The notes below the pieces were generated by a model. The model was not told the DNA's origin, searched no databases, and saw only the letters and a program-made list of their open reading frames with translations. A DNA stretch of 59,643 bases, the filler included. It is 6 parts of 6 records of this genome, joined end to end, with 100 filler letters (N's around TTAATTAATTAA, not from the genome) between each part and the next. Parts side by side here need not be neighbours in the genome. Positions count along the whole stretch, not along the records: positions 7,662 to 24,861 come from SRR31156797_18719; positions 24,962 to 34,367 come from SRR31156797_18724; 4 more parts are not named here. The stretch is one strand, 5' to 3'. Positions 21,676 to 30,855 of the stretch are shown piece by piece; within the stretch, counting starts at the first letter, position 1, and every line of letters begins with the position of its first letter. A program made the translations under genes and the position numbers.

Positions 21676-24600
21676 ATGAAAAAAATGCTACTCACCCTGC
21701 TAATTGCGATTATCGCAAATGCAGGCCACACCCAGGAAAACCCAATTTTAACATTCACTGGTGCCAACAACACAACGCATGTCCAACTCGACAGTATAAA
21801 AATTACCAACCGCACACAAAACTGCGACACTGTCCTGTTTTGGCCCGATACGGTTCTCGACTTGTCAAATGTTGGGATAAGTGAAATCGGAAATTCTAAG
21901 GATCAGTTGCAGGTTTTCCAAAATCAGCCCAACCCTGTTGCGCATGAAACCAAAGTATCAATTCATGTTCCCAACAGGGAAATGACTGAGATATTAATTA
22001 CAGATGTAAATGGCAGAACCCATATCTCAAAAGAATTTCTACTGGACCGAGGTACACATGAATACCAATTTACGATGGGAGCAGGTAAAATGTATTTATT
22101 CACCGCAAGAAATACCAACGGGCAAAGCAGTATAAAAATCCTTGGAAGCAAGACCCAAAAAAACCGAAAACCAGTACTTAAATATATAGGGACGAGCGGC
22201 TCCTCATTTTCATATAAACAATTAAAAACTTCTGAGCATTTTGCTTTTAATCCTGGCGACCAGTTGCTCCTTAGCGGTTACTACGATATTCTTGAGTCCG
22301 GATTGATGGCGACTCCGGAATCAAACCAGATATTTGTGTTTCAGTTTGCGTATAATATTCCTTGTCCGGGAAAACCCATTGTTGATTATGGCGGGAAAGT
22401 TTACAGCACGGTGCAGATATTTAACCAATGCTGGCTGAAACAAAACCTGGATGTTGGGGGCATGATTCCTGGAGAAGATAATATGCAGGATAACGGATCA
22501 ATTGAGAAGTACTGTTATAATGATTCTCCGGCAAACTGTAATTTATTCGGCGGACTATACCAGTGGGAGGAAATGATGCAGTATTCTCAGAAATCTCCTA
22601 GCCAGGGTATTTGCCCGGATGGATGGCGCCTGCCAACTGACCGGGATTGGAATTTACTGGAAGGGGCGGCTGATAGTCATTATCCTGCAGGCGATCCCGA
22701 ATGGGACGATCTGGGATTTTGTGGTTTTGATGCCGGATTGCATTTAAAAACCACATCCGGCTGGAATGGGTTTGGCAATGGAACAGACCAGTATGGATTT
22801 GGAGCAGTTGGAGGTGGAAGCCGGGATCTTGCGGGAACTTTCAATTCAAGTAATTCCAGTGGTTACTGGTGGTCTTCAAGTGAATATTCCGATGATCGTG
22901 CTTATCAGCGAAGCGTGGGATTTAACTATAACTACGTTATTCGTGAAATATCCTTCAAGCCTTTCGGGTATTCTGTTCGCTGTCTTTTCGACAATAATGG
23001 GTATTCTCCCATTTCAGATTTTTCCACAGAACCAGCCTTTGGGTTTGTTCCTTTATCCGTCAGTTTTATTGATGAAACTTCTAATGACCCCGTTAGTTGG
23101 TTTTGGAATTTTGGTGATGGAAATTTTAGCTCTGACCAAAATCCTGAACATATATACCAGGAAACGGGGTCATATACAGTTTCGTTGGTCACATCAAATG
23201 TCTATGGCACTGATACAATTATAAAAGTTGATAATGTGCATGTAGTATCTCCCGGTGGAGGGTCGCCGTGCGAAGGTCTGGAAACCGTTGAATATGAAGG
23301 CAGGCTCTACAATACAGTGCTAATCGGAAACCAATGTTGGATGAAGGAGAATTTAAATGTTGGGGAAATGATACAGGGCGATGATAATATGGCCTTCAAT
23401 GAGACCATAGAAAAATATTGCTACGATAATGATCCGGTAAACTGCGATTTGTATGGCGGTTTGTATCAATGGGATGAGATTATGCAATACATCTTACAAC
23501 AGGGTGTGCAGGGTATTTGTCCCGAAGGGTGGCATATTCCAACCGATGCTGAATGGAAAACTCTTGAAGGCACGGTTGACAGCCTTTACCAGGAGGGCGA
23601 TCCGATTTGGGAAGAGTTAGGCACACGGGGTTATAATGCAGGTAAAAACCTGAAATCAGCTTACTGGTGGGAAAATGATGGGAATGGAACGAATATATAT
23701 GGATTTAGTGGACTTCCTGGTGGGCGTCGCGAACCTGATGGATCATTTGTTCTATTAAATAATACCGGACATTTTTGGTCATCAAGCGAATACGCTACAG
23801 CTACCCATGCCTGGTACCGTAGCCTGAAAAGTGAATTTGATGGCTCTGGAAGGACAAGTAGCTTCAAAACACGTGGTTTATCCGTGAGGTGTATGATTGC
23901 CGACTACGGCCTTTCACCCGATGGTGATTTTTCAGCTGTACCGGTATTTGGAACAGCTCCACTTTCAGTATATTTTACTGACCAATCCATGCATAATACT
24001 ACTGAATGGCATTGGGATTTTGGTGATGGCAATACAAGCACCGATCAAAACCCCGATCACATTTATCAGGATACCGGTTTTTATACCGTAACATTGATTG
24101 TCACCAACGCCTTTGGCTCAGATACAGTCACAAAAACAGATTTTGTAAATGTTGTTTCCGGTGGTGGGGGAGAGCCCTGTCCGGGTATGGAGACCATAAC
24201 ATACGAAGGGCAGGAGTATAACACGGTGCTGATTGATGACAGATGCTGGTTAAAGGAAAACCTGAATGTTGGTTTTATGATAACTGGACAAACGAACATG
24301 AGTAACAATGGAACGCTCGAGAAATATTGTTACGATAACAACCCTGTAAATTGTGAATTATATGGTGCATTGTACCAGTGGGATGAGGCGATGCAGTACA
24401 CAACACAGAAGGGAGAGCAGGGTATTTGCCCGGAAGGCTGGCATATTCCCACTGAAGAAGAACTAAAAATCCTTGAAGGAACTGTTGACAGTGTATACCC
24501 TGTAGGTGATCCCATTTGGGAAGAAAATGGTATGCGTGGTTTTGATGTAGGAAAGAAGCTTAAGTCGCTGAATTTTTGGAATAACAGCGGTTACGGAACA

Positions 24601-24819
24601 GATGCATACGGTTTTAGCCTGGTACCCGGAGGTCGTCGAGATCAGGATGGGACTTTTCTGCAGTTAGGAGATGTCGGTTCGTTCTGGTCGTCAAGTGAAT
24701 ATGTTACGGAAACACATGCATGGTACCGGCACCTGAAACACGATTTTGACGGTTCTTACAAAACCAGCAGTTACAAAACGCGTGGCTTTGCTGTGCGTTG
24801 TATCCATGATGACGAATAA
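21676..24819 (+). CDS. Exported protein with 3 FISUMP (Fib_succ_major) and 2 PKD domains
   Basis: Three Y.TV.I..QCW.K.NL...GICP.GW..P...SVRC units alternating with W.W.FGDG PKD units; TATCTTTG -7 element at 21624-21631 supports the 21676 start. Confidence 0.88.
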   Translation: MKKMLLTLLIAIIANAGHTQENPILTFTGANNTTHVQLDSIKITNRTQNCDTVLFWPDTVLDLSNVGISEIGNSKDQLQVFQNQPNPVAHETKVSIHVPNREMTEILITDVNGRTHISKEFLLDRGTHEYQFTMGAGKMYLFTARNTNGQSSIKILGSKTQKNRKPVLKYIGTSGSSFSYKQLKTSEHFAFNPGDQLLLSGYYDILESGLMATPESNQIFVFQFAYNIPCPGKPIVDYGGKVYSTVQIFNQCWLKQNLDVGGMIPGEDNMQDNGSIEKYCYNDSPANCNLFGGLYQWEEMMQYSQKSPSQGICPDGWRLPTDRDWNLLEGAADSHYPAGDPEWDDLGFCGFDAGLHLKTTSGWNGFGNGTDQYGFGAVGGGSRDLAGTFNSSNSSGYWWSSSEYSDDRAYQRSVGFNYNYVIREISFKPFGYSVRCLFDNNGYSPISDFSTEPAFGFVPLSVSFIDETSNDPVSWFWNFGDGNFSSDQNPEHIYQETGSYTVSLVTSNVYGTDTIIKVDNVHVVSPGGGSPCEGLETVEYEGRLYNTVLIGNQCWMKENLNVGEMIQGDDNMAFNETIEKYCYDNDPVNCDLYGGLYQWDEIMQYILQQGVQGICPEGWHIPTDAEWKTLEGTVDSLYQEGDPIWEELGTRGYNAGKNLKSAYWWENDGNGTNIYGFSGLPGGRREPDGSFVLLNNTGHFWSSSEYATATHAWYRSLKSEFDGSGRTSSFKTRGLSVRCMIADYGLSPDGDFSAVPVFGTAPLSVYFTDQSMHNTTEWHWDFGDGNTSTDQNPDHIYQDTGFYTVTLIVTNAFGSDTVTKTDFVNVVSGGGGEPCPGMETITYEGQEYNTVLIDDRCWLKENLNVGFMITGQTNMSNNGTLEKYCYDNNPVNCELYGALYQWDEAMQYTTQKGEQGICPEGWHIPTEEELKILEGTVDSVYPVGDPIWEENGMRGFDVGKKLKSLNFWNNSGYGTDAYGFSLVPGGRRDQDGTFLQLGDVGSFWSSSEYVTETHAWYRHLKHDFDGSYKTSSYKTRGFAVRCIHDDE

Positions 24820-24824
24820 GTAAT

Positions 24825-24836
24825 TACCCTAATTAT
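24825..24836 (-). repeat. 12-bp inverted repeat, right copy (TACCCTAATTAT)
   Basis: 5 bp after the stop codon; exact reverse complement of 21551-21562. Confidence 0.7.
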
Positions 24837-24861
24837 TACCCCACCAAAAAACAAAAGCCCT

Positions 24862-24961
24862 NNNNNNNNNNNNNNNNNNNNNNNNNNNNNNNNNNNNNNN
24901 NNNNNTTAATTAATTAANNNNNNNNNNNNNNNNNNNNNNNNNNNNNNNNNNNNNNNNNNNN
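24862..24961. other. Artificial contig linker
   Basis: 44 N + TTAATTAATTAA + 44 N. Confidence 0.98.
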
Positions 24962-25630
24962 AGCGTCTTTTTCATGTCCGAAAAGCTCATTGGCTAAAAG
25001 CTCTTCCGTAAAAGCCCCGCAGTTGAAAGCCATGAATTTTTCGTCTTTTCGCAAGCTCAAATTGTGAATCGTCCTGGCCGCCAATTCCTTGCCAACCCCG
25101 GTTTCGCCTATAATCAGTACGCTCGAATCAGTCGGCGCCACCTGTTGAATAAGTTGGGTGACCTTGCGTATCGGATCGCTCGATCCTACAATAAGCGGCC
25201 TGTCTTTTTCATGTATTTCCAACAGGATTTGTTTTAGCTTTACATTCTCCAGGAAAAGTCTTTTTTTCAATAAGGCTTCGCGAACCAGCTTGCGAACAAG
25301 ATCTATCTTGAACGGTTTGGGTATGTAATGGAATGCTCCTTGCCTCATGGCCTCCACTGCCGTATCAACCGTGGCGTAAGCCGTTATCATGATTACTTCA
25401 GTATGCGGTTGTTCCAACCGGGCCTTGTTAAGAACATGCAGACCGTCAACCTTTTTCATCTTCAAGTCAGTCAGTATAAGGTCGAACTCCTTTCTCTCAA
25501 TAAGAGAAACAGCCTGCTCGCCGGAAGACGCAGGCACGGTTTTATAGCCTTCCCTTTGAAGTATATGCTCCAAATTCTGGCGCGCCATGTCGTCATCTTC
25601 GACAACAAGTATTACTTCACTAGAAGTCAT
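24962..25630 (-). CDS. Sigma54-dependent NtrC-family response regulator (3'-truncated)
   Basis: REC domain (LTDLKM, KPF) + GETGVGKE Walker A + NCGAF..ELFGHEK. Confidence 0.95.
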
Positions 25631-27104
25631 GATTATTTTTAGTCTGCTTGAGGGGCAGGGTTATTATGAATTTTGTGCCGCCGCCAATTTCACTGTAGAC
25701 CGATACTTCGCCATTGTGCTTTTGAATTATGCCGTACGTAACATAAAGCCCCAAACCCGAACCTCCCTTTTCTTCTTTTGTGGAAAAAAACGGATCGAAA
25801 ATTTTTGCCAGCTTTTCCGATGGTATGCCAACTCCGGTATCCTTTATTTCCATTATCGCGTTATCTTTTTTGGGACTGTAATAAGCGCTTATGGTCAGTC
25901 TGCCCCCTGCGTCCTCCATGGCTTGCACGCCATTTAAGATCAAATTGATAAGGGCCTGGGATAAACGCCGCTGGTCCACTTCCAATTCCAGGGTGTAGGG
26001 AATATCTATTTCTATTTCCACATCGGGCGGTATTTCGCTATGAACGAGTTTTACGGTTTTCTCGACCAGCGTTTCCATGTCCGTAAGAACAGGTTCAAAC
26101 TCTCTTTCACGGGCGAATTCCAAAAGAGATTTTACAATATCGCGAGCTTTTTCCACCTGTTCCTCAATACCGGCCAGCAGCATTTTCTTGAATTCCAAAT
26201 CTCCTTCATTAATCTCTTCCAAAAGTATTTGGGTGGAACTGGATATGTTGCTCAAGGGATTGTTCAGTTCGTGGGCCACGCCGGAAGTAAGCGTTCCCAA
26301 TGCGGCCATCTTTTCACGTTGAAGCAGTTGCTCTGATTTCTTGTCAAGCTCCTTGATCATCATGTTCAAGACAGTGGTCAGGGATTGTATTTCCGAGGTT
26401 TTGGCGGAAGTTATGGGTATTTCACGTTGCTGGCCTTCAATAACTTCCTTGGCCGCTTTTTCAATTCTGGACAGTGGTGCAATGATTAGAAAAAACAGGT
26501 AATAGCCTACGCTTAGAGCCAAGAGGATAAAAGCTGCCAGAGGATAAAAAATGGACCTTTTTTGGTCTTCCACTAGCTGGTCGACACGGCGTCGTTCGGT
26601 TATCACCATTTCCAGCATGCTTTCCGTAAAAGACCTGCCCAAATCCCTGATTCTGGTGGTCAGAAAAAGCTCGGCCTCTCCACTGTCAACCGGAGAGGCG
26701 CTGCGTAGCTTTTCACTGAAAAGAGTGACGGCTTTTTTGTAATTGACCAGCATATTGTGGTTGCTTTTAAGCTTGGCGTTGCTGATGCTTCTGTGTTCGT
26801 TTTCGCTCAGACGTTGAAGCTTTTGTTCCGTCTTGGATAAAAATTCCATCATCAGGTCGAAATTTTCCATTTCCCCGTACAGGAAAAAGTTTTTCTCATA
26901 TCGGCGGACCTCCAGAGCATTATTGACCAGGTCGTCCGCCACTTCGATGAAGTTCATTTTTTCCTGGATAAGGGTATGCCGCCTGTATGTCATGACGGTA
27001 ATAACGAGCCCTCCCACCAGCAACAGCGAGAAGGCGATCGTGATCTTATGTCGCAGGGCCAAGGCAATACGGGTCTTCATGGCCGTCTCCTTGTGGTCGG
27101 ACAT
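25620..27104 (-). CDS. Membrane sensor histidine kinase (HAMP-HisKA-HATPase)
   Basis: Two TM segments, AHELNNPL H-box, DTGVGI, FDPFFSTK, GSGLGL. Confidence 0.95.
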   Translation of the reverse strand: MSDHKETAMKTRIALALRHKITIAFSLLLVGGLVITVMTYRRHTLIQEKMNFIEVADDLVNNALEVRRYEKNFFLYGEMENFDLMMEFLSKTEQKLQRLSENEHRSISNAKLKSNHNMLVNYKKAVTLFSEKLRSASPVDSGEAELFLTTRIRDLGRSFTESMLEMVITERRRVDQLVEDQKRSIFYPLAAFILLALSVGYYLFFLIIAPLSRIEKAAKEVIEGQQREIPITSAKTSEIQSLTTVLNMMIKELDKKSEQLLQREKMAALGTLTSGVAHELNNPLSNISSSTQILLEEINEGDLEFKKMLLAGIEEQVEKARDIVKSLLEFAREREFEPVLTDMETLVEKTVKLVHSEIPPDVEIEIDIPYTLELEVDQRRLSQALINLILNGVQAMEDAGGRLTISAYYSPKKDNAIMEIKDTGVGIPSEKLAKIFDPFFSTKEEKGGSGLGLYVTYGIIQKHNGEVSVYSEIGGGTKFIITLPLKQTKNNHDF

Positions 27105-27134
27105 ACTGTTATATTAGGCTGGTCCCTGATTTAT

Positions 27135-28943
27135 TTAAATACCATAGAACATGTAGACAACGCCAATGAGAACAGCGATGAAGATGACCGACATGATGGA
27201 ACCGGCCTTTATAAAATCGACGCTGCGGTACCTGCCCGGCCCCATGTACAAGGCGTTGACCTGGTGGGTCGGCAGAATGAACGAGTTGGAAGTAGCCATA
27301 CCCACTATCATGGCGGCCATTCGAGGATCCATGTTTGCCTGCTGGGCCATGCTCACTACGAGGGGCACAAGCAGAACCGTGGCCCCGACATTGGAAACCA
27401 CCAGGGTGAATACCGTGGAGATTACGGCAATAACCGTTAATAAAACAATGGGCGAAACCGGACCCAGCAACGACAAGGTCTTGGTGGCAATGTAGGCCGC
27501 GGTCCCGCTTTTCATCGTGGCAATGCCCAGGGGTATCAAACCGGCCAGGAGAAAGACCGTCCGCCAGTCAACCGCCTGGTAGGCTTCATCTATTGAAATG
27601 ACCCTGGTTAATATCATCCCCAGGGCGCCGGTCATCAGGCATACTGATAGCTGAATCTTAAAAAACATGACCATGGACAAGGCGACGGCCAGCCAAAGAC
27701 CGGCCAACAGAGCCTTTTGAGGCCGGAGAATTTCCGCGTCCATGGGTGAGGAAAAAAGAAAATCCCCGTTTTCCTGGAGAATATGAAATCTTTCCCATTG
27801 TCCCTGTAGTAAAATGGCGTCGCCGGGCTGCAGAATTATATCGGACAAGCCCGCATAATAGGTTTTTTCACCCCTGTATATGGCCAGACAATTAACCCTG
27901 AATTTTTGGCGAAAGTGGACCTGGGCCAGGGTTTTGCCCGCCAGTTCCGACCTTGGGGCCACAACCACTTCAACCGTGCCGGCCATGCTCGGAGACAGTT
28001 CTTCCTTGAATACATCCAGTTCGTATTTTATCGAAAATCCGAATTCCTGGGCCAGCCGCAGTACGTTTGTTTCAGGGCCTACTACTACAAAGTTGTCGCC
28101 GGCATGAATGTCGCAATCCCTTTCCGGAGCGAATATCATGCCCCCGGTTGCATGCCTGGCCACGGCTTGCAGATGAACGAGGTAGAGGTCCCTCATCATC
28201 TGCATGGTTATAAGTCTGTCGAAATGGTCCGGCGCTTTCAGTTCAAATTCTTCTCCCAACCGGCCGTAAGTGTGAGCCACCATATCCTGCGCAGCCTGGC
28301 CGTCTCCTTCGCCTTCCTTTTTACCGGGAAGCACAAACCTGCCGAAAATGACAAAATACATGATACCGGAAGCCACCAGGCACAGACCTATGGGCGTCAC
28401 TGAAAAAAGACCGAAAGGTTCAAGCCCGAAGGGCTTGATTAGATCGTTCAGCAAAATAAGCGGGCTCGATCCGACCAAGGTAACCGTTCCGCCGAGTATG
28501 GCGCAAAACCCGATAGGCATGAGCAGCTTGGACAGAGGAATATTCAATTGCTTGCTGATACGCTGAATGGCCGGCAGAAAAAGCGCGGCCGCGCCGATAT
28601 TTTGCATAAAACTGCTGATACCGGCCACGGTGGCGGATATCATTATAATGATCCGGGATTGGCTATCCCCTGCGATTTTGAGAATAGGGGATACAAGCCG
28701 GTTTATCAGCCCTGTTTTGTCAAGGCCCGCGCCGATGATGATTACGGCGATAATTGAGACCACGGCGTTACTGGACAGGCCGCTGAAAGCCTCGCCCGGA
28801 GTGACAAGTTTTAAAAGCGGCAGGGTGACCATCATCATTATCGCCACCACGTCCACCCGGACCCATTCCACAATAAATAAAAAGACCGCCACACCGATCA
28901 TGGCTATTACCATTATTATTTCCGTCGTCAATGTCGGTTCCAT
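27135..28943 (-). CDS. SLC13/DASS family transporter with TrkA-C domains
   Basis: SSFMQNIGA, GGTVTLVGSSP, VSNVGA, PTHQVNAL; central soluble TrkA-C region. Confidence 0.9.
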   Translation of the reverse strand: MEPTLTTEIIMVIAMIGVAVFLFIVEWVRVDVVAIMMMVTLPLLKLVTPGEAFSGLSSNAVVSIIAVIIIGAGLDKTGLINRLVSPILKIAGDSQSRIIIMISATVAGISSFMQNIGAAALFLPAIQRISKQLNIPLSKLLMPIGFCAILGGTVTLVGSSPLILLNDLIKPFGLEPFGLFSVTPIGLCLVASGIMYFVIFGRFVLPGKKEGEGDGQAAQDMVAHTYGRLGEEFELKAPDHFDRLITMQMMRDLYLVHLQAVARHATGGMIFAPERDCDIHAGDNFVVVGPETNVLRLAQEFGFSIKYELDVFKEELSPSMAGTVEVVVAPRSELAGKTLAQVHFRQKFRVNCLAIYRGEKTYYAGLSDIILQPGDAILLQGQWERFHILQENGDFLFSSPMDAEILRPQKALLAGLWLAVALSMVMFFKIQLSVCLMTGALGMILTRVISIDEAYQAVDWRTVFLLAGLIPLGIATMKSGTAAYIATKTLSLLGPVSPIVLLTVIAVISTVFTLVVSNVGATVLLVPLVVSMAQQANMDPRMAAMIVGMATSNSFILPTHQVNALYMGPGRYRSVDFIKAGSIMSVIFIAVLIGVVYMFYGI

Positions 28944-29196
28944 TTGGTTTGCTGCTCCCTTAATCTTTTATCCATGCAGGTTTGCCCCTGAAAGGGGCGT
29001 AGTATGAATCACTTATATCGGAACGTTTAAATCACTCATTTAATGTCGAAATTTATCGTGGAGTTGAGATGTCTCTCAGCACGCAAATTAAGGTCTTTTC
29101 GATTCAGACGGAGTCAGCCGTCCAATCGAAAAAACCTGATATGAAAAGTGTATATGTTAATAATCCCAAATTGCCGTTAATTATGCAAATTCAGGA

Positions 29197-30249
29197 TCAA
29201 AAAAAGGCCAGGGAAAAAACGGGAATGGCCGGGGCCGCGCCTGGAGCCCGTTCAACGTTTTCATCCGGCTCTGTCAAAACGTATTCCATACGCTTGAACT
29301 CCCGATGCAACTCTCTTATGACATCGGTCGCCTCGCCGAATTTTGTAATATGGTGAAAAACAACCCCCGCGTCCTCACACTGGGTTTGAAAATCGCCGGC
29401 CGCCTCAGAAGCCAGGACGGTAAAATCCTCTCTGAGTTTGTCCCTGTACGGAGTGACCAGAGGCAGGAAATCGTTCGGGATATACTTTGTGTTTACAGCC
29501 ACGATTTCGTATTTTAATCGGCCGGCCAGACCTATTGCATATTCTTTCAGGTCTTTTGAAAACGCGTGGCCGCGCCCCACCACCAGAAGCATCGGCGGTT
29601 CCTGCTCGATTCTTTCCAATACGCGAATAGCCTCTTCCGGCATATTGGCTTCCGCATAGGTCACCGCCTCGTGGTACTGGTCCATTTTTTCAGTAAACTT
29701 GGATACTCTGCTCTTCTTTTTCACCGTTACATCACTCATATTCTCACCTCGATCTTGTTTATTCCTTGTCTTGAGGGATACCAGGGGTATGGGAATCTTG
29801 TTGTGCAACTCTTGTGGCGGATTGCCCATGTTTTCTTCAGACGGACCGTCATAAACCGCCACGACAGCGTCCCGGTTGTTTTCGACAAATTGGACAATCT
29901 CTTTTTCAATGTCGCCGATCTTGATGGTAACGTTATAATCAACCGCTTCTTCGCCCGTCTCTTCGAAATACGTCAGCGACTGCGCCGCCTTTGTCATGAT
30001 GTTTTCAATATTTTCAGCCATCTTTGGCTCGCCTGCTTCGGCAAATGCCGCCGCCGCCATAGCGGCCTCAAAACCCGCGGCGCCGTCCTTCAAAGCCCTA
30101 AGCATGTCGCGCCATTTTTTATTGCTTCCAGGGTTTATTACTTGCAGGATTTCAACCTTGGCTCTAAGCCGCTGGGCCAGTCCCAGGGCGTACCTGGCCG
30201 CCTCCTCCCGCGGAACGCTGCCTTTTATAGCCAATAGTATTTTCTTCAT
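29197..30249 (-). CDS. Universal-stress-protein-like protein, apparently two fused units each with an 'AEA' motif
   Basis: MKKILLAI...A.YALGLA..L USP-type start; internal GAGGTG-5nt-ATG at 29739. Confidence 0.7.
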   Translation of the reverse strand: MKKILLAIKGSVPREEAARYALGLAQRLRAKVEILQVINPGSNKKWRDMLRALKDGAAGFEAAMAAAAFAEAGEPKMAENIENIMTKAAQSLTYFEETGEEAVDYNVTIKIGDIEKEIVQFVENNRDAVVAVYDGPSEENMGNPPQELHNKIPIPLVSLKTRNKQDRGENMSDVTVKKKSRVSKFTEKMDQYHEAVTYAEANMPEEAIRVLERIEQEPPMLLVVGRGHAFSKDLKEYAIGLAGRLKYEIVAVNTKYIPNDFLPLVTPYRDKLREDFTVLASEAAGDFQTQCEDAGVVFHHITKFGEATDVIRELHREFKRMEYVLTEPDENVERAPGAAPAIPVFSLAFF

Positions 30250-30332
30250 CTTAAAACTCCCGATTAAAACTCAGGCCGCATTCTCGCCCGAACTTAATCC
30301 GGGGAGACCTCCGCCTTTCGGAAACAGCAGCT

Positions 30333-30521
30333 TTACTCGTCAGCGGACGGCGCCCTCATTTCAGGACGCGGGCGGGGCGCGCCGGCGCGCACCTGTGCTC
30401 TTTTTCTGAGACGGGCTTGTTTGCGTTCGGTCAGCATTTCCAGGGCGGTCTTGTGTTCGCCTGCTTCGGCAAAGGTCGCCGCCATCATGTATTCTTCGAA
30501 TTTCTTAAAAAAGTCTTTCAT
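30333..30521 (-). CDS. Small hypothetical protein with AATFAEAGE motif
   Basis: GGGGGA RBS; first gene after the sigma54 promoter; motif shared with the next gene. Confidence 0.75.
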   Translation of the reverse strand: MKDFFKKFEEYMMAATFAEAGEHKTALEMLTERKQARLRKRAQVRAGAPRPRPEMRAPSADE

Positions 30522-30556
30522 GGTATTTCCCCCATCTTATTTTTAGCTCTTTTATT

Positions 30557-30572
30557 CCAATAACCATGCCAA
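30557..30572 (-). promoter_or_regulatory. Sigma54 (-24/-12) promoter
   Basis: TTGGCATGGTTATTGG: GG-N10-GG (variant of GG-N10-GC); the operon encodes a sigma54 activator. Confidence 0.65.
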
Positions 30573-30620
30573 ATTGAATAATTGACGCATCTTGTTGATA
30601 AAACAAATAAATCACCTCAA

Positions 30621-30754
30621 GTCGCGTTTCGCCTCAAATTTCCTCCCATCGTTGCGTTTTGTAACGCTTTTTTTGTAACGAACTTATTTATATATTTATT
30701 ACAAGGTGTTATAATCGCATTGCTAAAACGCAACCAGGCGTTGCGTTTCGCAAC
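30621..30754. promoter_or_regulatory. Array of palindromic enhancer-like sites GTTGCG-N3-YGYAAC
   Basis: GTCGCGTTTCGCCTC 30621, GTTGCGTTTTGTAAC 30651, ATTGCTAAAACGCAAC 30719, perfect GTTGCGTTTCGCAAC 30740. Confidence 0.7.
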
Positions 30755-30855
30755 ATAAAGAAGAAGGACGAATACTTTATTGTCAGGAAAAAGATGTTTG
30801 TTGTTGGGTCGGCCCTGATAATATATCATCATAGTATACGGCCGGGGGTGAGCTA

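Noticed and set aside
23760-24810. Possible DGR template/variable repeat pair between FISUMP units 2 and 3
   Set aside because: Differences fall on all four bases, many at synonymous positions, and are not adenine-specific. Both copies are coding and no reverse transcriptase is present.
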